Of a stretch of 23,706 nucleotides of DNA, positions 11,054 through 20,616 are shown in pieces. Within the stretch, counting starts at the first letter, position 1. Every line of letters begins with the position of its first letter. Both the position numbers and the translations under genes were made by a program. This stretch comes from Vermamoeba vermiformis (Eukaryota): the NCBI GenBank assembly GCA_045837725.1, contig JBEWZL010000106.1, positions 62,001-85,706 of the forward strand, written 5' to 3'. Below the pieces are notes generated by a model that worked only from the letters and a program-made list of their open reading frames with translations, did not search any database and had not been told where the DNA came from.

Positions 11054-12005
11054 CTACTTTTTTGCGGTGACTCGGATTTGGACTTTAGGCTTGCTGCTCA
11101 CCTTCGCCGAGACTAAAGCACCATTATCAGCCTTGCTTGGCATACGTACGTTGTCTTTAGAGGTTGTTACAGCGCCTACAATCCACGATCGAGCTCCGAG
11201 CGCATCCAACGCTTGTTTTCGCTTAGCGTCCATCTCTGACGGCTGCTTGTCTCCATCCTCGTTTAACGCATCTTCGTCATCTTCTATACGCTTAATATAG
11301 AGTCCTGCGGCCTTCGCGATGAGCATATCCAGAATTTCTTCTTCATCCGGATCCAGTTCGATATCGGTCTTTTGCATGCCAGCCTCGTTTTGTCTCATGC
11401 ATTCCAGGTGATACTCCAGCAACTTGTCTGGACTAATCTTCGAATGCACTGCATTTACAGAGCGGATTTCGTCGATCGCTTCCAAGATCTCCAGCTCCAT
11501 CTTATGCTGGTTCGTCTTGTTCTCTACGGCTTTGAGAACATCGCCTTTCGTACGTGATTACCTAGGTTAATATAATTACTAACAGTTTAAGCAAAGGGAG
11601 AGTGGAAAACATACCTTCTTCCTCTTCCAAGCGGATTTGCTTCATTTTTTCCATAATTATTTCATTCTCTTGTAGGAAATTGTTTATACGAACGGCACCG
11701 AGTTCAGCAAGGTAGTCAGCACGCTTTGGATCAGTCTTGAAGGTTATTTCGTTGCTGCATCTCGTGCATCGGACGTAGAAGCGGTAAATTTTGATTCCAA
11801 GGTAAGCCTCGCCCAGAACTGTCTCTTTTCTAGCATTGAACTTCTTGCCACGGTAGATATATTCACCGCACGTTAAGCAGCGAACACTCATTGGCAACAT
11901 GACTCGTACTTTAACTTGCTCGTTCTTCGGATGCTTTCGTCGCTTCAACAGAGCAGGATCAAAATCAATTGGATAGTGCTTAGATATAACTTTACGATCG
12001 CCCAT
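11054..12005 (-). CDS. YJU2: Pre-mRNA splicing factor YJU2/CCDC94 (Cwf16)
   Basis: MGDRKVISKHYPIDFDP...VRVMLPMSVRCLTCGEYIYRGKKFNARKE...CTRCSNEITFKTDP (zinc-binding CxxC pairs). One intron (11614-11545) joins ORFs 11562..12005 and 11054..11500 to give EEEEGDVLKAVENKT. Confidence 0.95.
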
Positions 12006-12404
12006 TGTGGTCTTATGTTGATAAATGAGTTACACAATGAGTTCTCTCGCGTTTTTGACTTCGTTACAAAACTTTTTCTCTGCGAATTCTTTGCGAAGGA
12101 ACTTCAAATTGTAAAGCCAAGACTTCATATTCTATTTTAGGATGTATTATTTCTCGAAGAAGATTCGCACGAGCCTTAGTAGGTATACCTACAAGTAACT
12201 ACTTACCGTCCGAAGCGAACGACATCCGTATGAGGCACTAGATTCGCTTTACTGGTCAATCATGAATTCATTATCTTGCTGATATCAATGTCTCAAACTT
12301 GATTTCGTGGTTTGTTTACCGAGGGTGATTTCACCAGACCTGGCCGATAAATTGCCGGCACTGCTCGTGAGTTTCATTTTGATCCAAAAGACACAAATGA
12401 AAGC
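12006..12404. promoter_or_regulatory. Bidirectional promoter/5' UTRs (YJU2 / mitochondrial carrier)
   Basis: Head-to-head arrangement, 399 bp; contains the 14-bp palindrome GTAGGTATACCTAC at 12179-12192. Confidence 0.5.
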
Positions 12405-14262
12405 ATGAGCGAAGGAGCATCTCATTCACATAGGACAAAGCCTGGATACGAAAAGCCGGCTAAAGAGAGCTCAAGCTCGCTTCCGCCATCGTTGATCCAT
12501 TTAATTTCCGGAGGAATAGCTGGATGCGTTGCAAAAAGCTCAATAGCTCCGTTTGACCGTGTAAAAATTTTATTTCAGGTAATTATGCAAGCCAATTATC
12601 ATAAACAAGCGCATCCGTAATATTTTTGCCCGTGTCTTTTGATAAAAATGGCAGATCGCAATCAAAAAAATCTTTTATTAATTACAATATTATTTCTATA
12701 GATTAATCACCCTAAATATGCTTATACTGGCGTATTTAGCACGCTATCAAATATTGCAAAGACAGAAGGATTCAGTCAACTCTGGCGAGGCAACACGGCT
12801 ACAGTTGCTCGAGTGTTCCCTTATGCCGCCATTCAATTTATGTCATATGAAAAATATAAGAAGGTAATTTTATTAATTTCTGTCTCGGATGTAGATCCGT
12901 TCGTTCGGAAAATCAAAAAAATTTGTAGACCTCACGATTATTATCATAATATTATTATCAAAATTTTATCGTACATCACCAGCCTTAATTATTAACGAAT
13001 GAATTGTTTACTAAGTAGACATCGCCTGACACTTTATGATGCTAGAGCTTAATATGACTTACTAATATAACGTGTTATATTATTCAGTGGTTATTACCAG
13101 AAAAACAAACAGTGCATCCAATCATTCATTTGTGCTGCGGATCTCTAGCCGGTAAGCTCGGAACACTTTCATACGACATATCTTTGAACTCACCTCAAGT
13201 CCATTATTTATTTGAACATACCGTCGCATATCAATGGTCAATAGCATTAATCAAATTTTTAGGCGCTACTGCAACAACGTTCACTTATCCGTTAGATCTG
13301 GTTCGAGCACGTTTAGCTTCAGAAGTAAGCCTTATCTTATTTCATTTTGATTATAGCAATACAATATCATATTATATATAGCCATGTTATAAGTGTTATT
13401 GCATATTACTATATTATTAAGCAATATAGTTGTTTTTACTAATGTGACACGAGCACTTTTGAGCTCAATTTTATCATTACCTTAGTTTATATTGATTGTT
13501 CAAGTACTAATTATTGATCTCAATGAAGGTGCAAACAAGGACATATCGTCATATATTTCATGGATTAGCTGAGATTTACAGAAAAGAAGGAGCAAAAGCA
13601 TGGTTCAGAGGCATGAAACCAACGCTGTAAGTACATCTAGTGAGACTCTAATGTCTTAAAATACACCATAACATGCAATTATATGTCATATATTGATATA
13701 TATCTCATAGAGAAGGAATTATACCATATGCAGGAGTTAATTTTGGAACGTATGAAACATTAAAAGTAAGTTACTTGTATGATCGAGTAAGAGGCCAGCG
13801 ACTAATTATAATTGTAGTATTACGCACCTAAGAACGAAGAAGGACACGTACCTACAGTTACTAGGCTATTATGTGGAGGTCTTTCGGGTGCGATCGGACA
13901 AACAGGTAAGATCCACTTATCTCTAATAACTTACCAGTAAGGCGTAATAATATTATCCTCGTAGTATCTTATCCTTGGGACGTCGTTCGGCGGCGAATGC
14001 AGATTCATGGATTTGCACCAGGCACGAAATCATTGGATTACAACGGATCTTTGAACACGATGCGCACAATCGTTCGAAATGAAGGTTGGAGAGCTTTGTA
14101 CAGGTAAATAGATACAATAGAACTAATATAAGCACGTATTAACGGTCTTTTTGCAGGGGTATTACCATCAATTATTTTAAAGTAACTCCTACTGTAGCGA
14201 TCAGCTTTACAGTGTATGAGCTTTCGAAAAATTGGATAGCAGGACATACACAACGAACATAA
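12405..14262 (+). CDS. Mitochondrial carrier, CoA/adenine nucleotide type (SLC25A42/SLC25A16/Leu5-like), 9 exons
   Basis: Three Px[DE]xx[KR] signatures: [57 protein letters not shown] is typical of the CoA-carrier clade. TAA at 14260-14262. Confidence 0.93.
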
Positions 14263-14423
14263 TAATAAAAAGGAGCGATCGAAACTAATTGATTATAAGC
14301 TTATTCGGTTAATTACAAGCGCAAAGAAAAAACGATTGAAATTTCGAAAACGAAAAATTAATTACCGGTGAGGTTTCGTTAGGCTCTATCATTTTATAGA
14401 ATACTGTATATACACTACAACAT

Positions 14424-17130
14424 ATGGGTAATTTTAGAAGTGCTCCGCCGCCTGGAGCTCTGAAAGAAGGCTCAACGAAACCCGAGTCCATCTCCCCAAG
14501 AAAGACCAAAGCACCTCCAGAGCCCGTTATACAATCATCATTGGAAGCAGAAAAAATACAAGCATTAAAGGAGATATTTAATAAGCTGAAGAGCAACCCA
14601 GATCAACGAACAGTATCCGAGGAAGAATTTTTGGTAAATATTTATTTTATTTTCTATTGCGTTTATTATATGATAGTTTCCAGTACGGATTTTATTATAA
14701 TACTTTCGGGGCATAAAATCTAATTGTCTAAATTTGTCAACGATCTTTCTAGATCCATCGAAAAGTATTACGAAAAATGCTCTTACGTCACATTTTTGAT
14801 TGCAAAAATCCGAATAATTAAGAATTATTATGCTACATTATTTGCACGATATTATCAATATCCATAACGTTATTGAATTGATTCATAATTAAGAATTTCC
14901 GTAAAATGACAATAATTTTCCATTGAGACAGCATTATTGTATTAATTATATTATTATTATAGAGATATTTATCTTTGCCGGAGATTTTGCAGCCTTTCGC
15001 CAAGAAATTTTTTAGCGCCATCTGTAAAACTCAAATAACTCCAGCAGCCAATGCAAAGAAAAAACCAGCAGCTCACCATCATAACGCTAATAATAACAAT
15101 AATGGAGATCATCAAGGACTTGGAGGAAATAGCTCGTTTGATCTGCCGCAATTTGTACGGGCGATCGAGATTTGTTTCCGAGGCACAAACATCGATCAAA
15201 TCACGTTCTTATTCTCTGGATATGAAGAAGATTTTATAATGAATAAGAGCCAAGATGGATCATTAGAAGTCGAGACTAAGAGACGAGTCAAAATTTCGGA
15301 TTTGCGAGATTTACTTCAGGACAGTGGCGTCTTATCGTTCTATAATAAGGAACACGAAGACTATTTAGAAGCAGTTGCAGTTATGATGGCATCGCAGCAA
15401 CAACAAGCTGGCACATTTCAGCCACATCCGGACGAAATGGAACCGTCTTTGAGTTCTGAAGAAGAACCACTTCCAAATAAGGAAACTAAATCAACTGACG
15501 ACGCCGAGAAGAAAGAAAATACCACGGAGACTAAGGAAGACGCTAATACTAATACGAATAATAATGGAGAGAAGATCCAAAATAACTCCGAAAATGAAAA
15601 TAATAAGAATAATGAGAATAACGAAGGAGAAAATAATAATAACGAGCCTAAGAAGCCCTCAGCGGCTATTGGTCACAATGTCTTTACAAAAATGGTGGAT
15701 GCGATGATTACTTCAGTGAAAACGGATCAACAGAAACATGGCCAAGGCAACAGCGACGAATATATTTCTTTGGAAATATTCTTAGACTGGGTCATGGAGA
15801 ATACGCCTAGCTTAACTAAGGCCGTTGAAAATTTTGTTCAATTAAGATTTTTACGAGGTAAGTTGAGCACATCCAAATTATTTTTTTTGTTCGTGAATAT
15901 GAAGACTTAACTTTATTTCCTTTTTTAGAAGTCACAAAATCGAATCAAACGACGTCATGGATTCCTATGATGCTAAATATGGATAAAAGCAAGATCTACG
16001 ACCACTCTTTGCTGTGGGCCTTGACATCCGCTTTGGATGGCAAAAAATCATCGTGGAAATTGTTATATTCAAGTAAGCTTATATAATAGTCTTAATAATA
16101 ACACCAAATATAGTATATTAATCTATTTTTAGCAACGCAACACGGTCAAAGTTTGAACCGATTAGCGCATCATGTCGCAAGTTACAATGGCCCGTCATTG
16201 ATTTTAATAAGAAATACTAAACGAGAGGTGTTTGGCGCTTATGTTACTCATGGTACGGCCTGTTATTATTTACTAATAAGGAAGGTCTTATTAACAACGC
16301 TGTTTTTTTTAGTGTGGCGAACAACGAGCAGTTATCAAGGCGATGCCGAGTGCTTTTTATTCAGTTTTACACCTAATTTTAATGTATATAGGTACGTCAT
16401 TATTATAGGTCTAAATATGATATAATGTGATAGAATATGATATGATATCATTTACTTATATTGTTTTGTTTTTGTGCAGATCAACGGGTGTTGAAAAGAA
16501 TTACGCCTATTTATTCACTACCAAAAACACGTTTTCAAACTTCCCTGTTGGCCTGGGCTTTGGAGGCACGACAAAACAGTTCAGATTGTACGTCGATGAC
16601 GATTTGTTGAAAGGTGAATCTAGATCCAGTTGCACGACTTATAGACCTGGGTAAGTAACCTAAATTTTTTTTGCGAAGTTAATGCCGTGTGACTGACTTT
16701 CATTGTTAAAAAGTACCCTCAGTAGTGATGTAGTATTCGAAGTGTTGCAAATTGAAGTTTGGGGCTGTGGTGGTAACGCTGCGGACGAAGCTCAAGCCAT
16801 CGCACGAAAGAGAAATGGTACGGCAGTAGCATTAAATTAAATGATTTATTTTGCAACGAAATCGGTCCTGACCGTGTTATTTTTTGACAGAGAAACACAT
16901 CGAAAAACGAAGAAAAGTCAATCGTAAGATGATGGCCGACGGAGGCTGGGAGAATTCAGCTGATAAGTACGTAACGGATCTTTGACATAGTTTGACACGT
17001 GTCATTTTCATGACTCTAACGACGGTCTAACTTTTTTAGGTTCTTGATGGATCTGGTCGGAAAAACAGGCCACAGCGATGCTTATATGGAAGAGATTAGG
17101 AAAGCTAAAGCGGATAAAAACAAAGAATAA
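14424..17130 (+). CDS. TLDc-domain protein, MEAK7/TLDC1/Rtc5-like (N-myristoylation motif, degenerate EF-hand region)
   Basis: N-terminus MGNFRS (MGxxxS). TLDc motifs WKLLYS...HGQSLNRL...YNGPSLILI, VFGAYV, YQGDAECFLFS, GLGFGG...FRLYVDDDL, IEVWGCGG. C-terminus FLMDLVGKTGHSDAY; TAA at 17128-17130. Confidence 0.9.
15480..15650 (+). repeat. Asn/Glu/Lys-rich low-complexity coding tract (AAT/GAA repeats) in the TLDc gene
   Basis: Translates as ...DANTNTNNNGEKIQNNSENENNKNNENNEGENNNNEP. Confidence 0.7.
16993..17004. repeat. Palindrome TGACACGTGTCA, copy 3 (TLDc intron 16967-17039)
   Basis: Perfect 12-mer with an extra TGACAT half-site at 16983-16988. Confidence 0.9.
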
Positions 17131-17266
17131 TAATATTACTATTTATAGTAATGCTGTACAGCCGATAACATTGCGCTTATTTATTGCAAATTTGATGTTT
17201 ATTAGTAGCTCGAAATATTCACACTTTGTACAAAGTTAAATAACACTTCTTTTTGATTACATTTGT

Positions 17267-20021
17267 TCAGTCATAGAACTCGATTTGTTCGAATTTTCGT
17301 ACGCTGTTTAATCCAGTCGGTGATTGCGGGGCATTGGTTCTCGGTGTTTTCGCTGTTTCTTCAATCTCGTGCAAGATAGCGATGGTCTCGGCAATCATCT
17401 GAACAACAAAACATTAAGGAATGTCATCATGAGAGTCGCTACTTGACACGTGTCATTCGATATTTTTCACGTGTCAAAAAAAAAAATCTTATCTTAGATA
17501 TTTTGCTTCCGTGAAAAAATCGTCCGTGTGATAATTACAACACTCGGATAAATTCAAACTAAGGGATTGGAAACGACGTAGGAGACGCTGCCCCAAGTGT
17601 CAAAGTGTCAAACTGAAGGGGCCAGTTTTTTTTTGGTACTTACATCGGGCATCAAAGTATCTTTGGCAAATGACGCGTGCCCAGCAGGACTCTTTGTGAA
17701 CTCAGTCAGCCACAGATTCAAGTGCTCGTCCATAATAAAATCTACGCCTAATAGCGCGAAACATCCTTCTGAAGCACCAATGGCAATTTTCTGTTCGACC
17801 GCTTTGACCGCGATTTTCATAATTGCCTAATATGGAAAGTTAGTATTTATTGATTTAGCACGGTCATATATATAGTAATTTTACCTTCATTTCGGGTTTT
17901 AATCTCTTCTCGATGAAATTGTCTTCCTGCTTGATGATGTTTTTGCTGATTAAATAGTCTTCGAATCGCTGGAAAGTCCATTTGCTATCTAATTTTCTTT
18001 GTTCAAATTCGGGATGCTTCCTAATATGGAAAGAGTTAGAAAACACTCGGATAAATCAAAAAAGATTGCGATCTTACTTTTGTAAGCCAATATTTGATAC
18101 GTGACTCCAAGTATTATTGATATCGCTAAGATCGTATGCTTCGATATTAACGCGCAAATATCCTTCGTGGAAAAACAAATAAATTTTCGGCGTGGCCTTG
18201 GCAATTAATAAATAAACTCTAAAATCGAATTTTTTGCCTTCTAATAAGAGAGGGTTGTAGATATATTTCTGCGCCAAATATCCGTTCATATAGGCCCATT
18301 GAGGCACTTCTTCATTTCCATTCGCATGAAGCAATTGTCTTCGCGCATGATTTTTGGATGTAGACAGCTTGACTATTTGTTGCAATTTGAATTCGTTATT
18401 ATTGACGAATTTCGATTCAAAATCTTCTCTATCCTTAACTACTGTAATTCCGCGTCCACCTAGTAATTCAAAATTAATCGCAAGTCACAAACCGGATTCG
18501 AGATCAAAACCCTATTTTTAGAGAAAGGTCCGATCGTAATAAAAGTGATTCGTATAGTCACAAATAGGTATATAACGTACCTGATGAATCGGTAGGCTTA
18601 ATAATCCACAAATCAGCGGCGCCCTTGGTCGTATCAGCAATTTTTGGTTTCAAAATTTTAATGAATGCGTTGTAAGTAGCTTCATCTTGCAAAAAGAATG
18701 TATCTGGATGTACCTAAGTGCGCATATATATCAGTCATTATCTAAATCATCATATAGAATCATAAAGATTTGATAACGATTTCGGATGCGGATGTACTGA
18801 CGTAGAAATTTCATTAGATACGTACTTTTAGGCCATTTAATTCTGATACTGGTATATTCTTAAGATATTCTTGCAGATTTAATGCTAAATTGCTCTTTTT
18901 CGTCAAGCACATCTCGTGTGGCAAATGATTGACGTGTTGCAAGAAAGTTCGATCGGCTTTATCAGTTCTAAAGTCGGTCTTAGCGTTTAATAAGATAGAA
19001 GATAATTCTTGGAAGTGAAATCCGTCTCTGTTTCTGACCCAAATAAACCGCAAGCGTCGAATAATAGCTTCCTAAAAAGGATAATATTTCAGATCAGTAA
19101 AACTTGATTAGTATAAGCGATCGTAATGATAAATTATCATTAATATGTATAGTAAGATATTTCGGTCCGGATCTGGCATTTAAAACGCCCAAGATTGTAA
19201 GTACAAAAAACAAAAAAGTCCGGATCTCGGTTGCAATGTAATCAAGTTTAAGAATAGCCATATCATCGTATGATAATCATATAAATGTTATATTCAACAT
19301 GAGATCGTCCCGAGATTGCGTTTAAAGAACGTTCGTTACGAAATCCAAAACCGTTCATTAATTAAGGAACTAACTCCGTGTTTTCCGTTCGAAATCATCG
19401 TACGTAATAATTGCGTATACTCATATGAGCTTTAATTAAAGATAATTAACGCAGGCTTACCTTGCTTAGTCTCTTTGTTAAGAAATATCGTTCGTAACCT
19501 CTTTTGCAAAGCACGATCTGGGTCCAATTTTCGCCTTGCAATGCGTGTTTGACGTGCTTTTCGTATCTTCCTTTATCAGAGTAATAATAAAATCGATCTA
19601 TGTCTTGTCCATTATGTTCTAGTTCGTGGATCTGACATAAACAGATCGCTTCCTGAAGTCAATAGAAAAATTAATAAATGAGAGGATGCTCTATGATATT
19701 ATTAATATTTTTAATAATATTAGTGATATGATCAAGCTTGTTGGTTGATATTTAAATGAAGGATCAAATCTGACTGAAAAAATAGCTTGGTATCAAATTT
19801 GATTCAATTAATGATACTATAATATTTAATATAATTTTGATATTGAGTTAAATACGATTAATTTTGATTTAAAGCCATTAGAAACCTCCATTGAACATCC
19901 GATCCAAAATTGACGTTAGAAAATTATACCATTATTCAAAATCATTAGATTACTGTACCTTGGTATTAACACATTCGTGTTTAGTAAGAGATTTATGTTC
20001 CGTTGATGGGTGAAATAACAT
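17267..20021 (-). CDS. Tubulin-tyrosine ligase-like protein, most similar to the TTLL10 (glycylase) type
   Basis: Motifs HVNHLP..CLTKK, WIIKPTDSSGGRGI, AQKYIYNPLLLEGKKFDFRVYLLIA, HEGYLRV, HVSNIGLQKKHP, FALLGVDFIMDEHLNLWLTEFTKSP. First exon 20021-19959 (MLFHPS...) has an in-frame TGA upstream. TGA stop at 17267-17269. Subfamily call is from recalled similarity. Confidence 0.88.
17444..17476. repeat. Palindrome TGACACGTGTCA, copy 4 (17444-17455) plus partial CACGTGTCA (17468-17476), in TTLL intron 17399-17643
   Basis: Read directly from the sequence. Confidence 0.9.
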
Positions 20022-20616
20022 TGTGGGCAATAAGAGTCAAATCCGCAGCAGATTCAAATTTGGTCAAGACAAGGGCTGTTACGAGTGAATGAACACGAAG
20101 CTAGTCACTTGTGGTGTTAAGTACGTGATTAAAACTGGTTAATGAAATCCAAAACCTCGTTTGTGAAAACGATCCGAAAACGAAAACTGATAATTTGTTG
20201 CAAAGAGACCAAAACTTGTAGCATGCTCTTGATCATGTCTCAAATCAACTGAGGGTACCAAATCTTTGTCTAGGGAGGCAGGTTAATCGTTCCGAATTAA
20301 ACGAAAGGGATAGTAAAAATAAAGAGGCGGATTTGAAGGGAGAATCCACCCCAAATAAAGCATGCTACAGCAGGGAGGTGGTTGTACCAGGATTATTATA
20401 CTCAAAATAATAATGATAGCGAGTGTTCGGTCCCTCGCCAGGGAGAAAAGTTGATCGTCGCTGAAAATTCGTGTTTGGTCAAATAAACGACGTTAGCAAA
20501 ATATTTTTTATTTTAGTAGCAACATAGGGTATAGATACCACGCGTGTACAGTGTTTTATTTGTATATTATTAAAGTAACCGTTTGTACATTGGATCGACT
20601 GTAAAATACTTACAAA
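20022..20616. promoter_or_regulatory. Bidirectional promoter/5' UTRs (TTLL / PARP)
   Basis: Head-to-head arrangement, 595 bp. Confidence 0.5.

Noticed and set aside
12199-12210. ACTTACC resembling the U1 snRNA 5' end
   Set aside because: No U1 loop II (ATTGCAC) or convincing Sm site follows; better read as a minus-strand splice donor.
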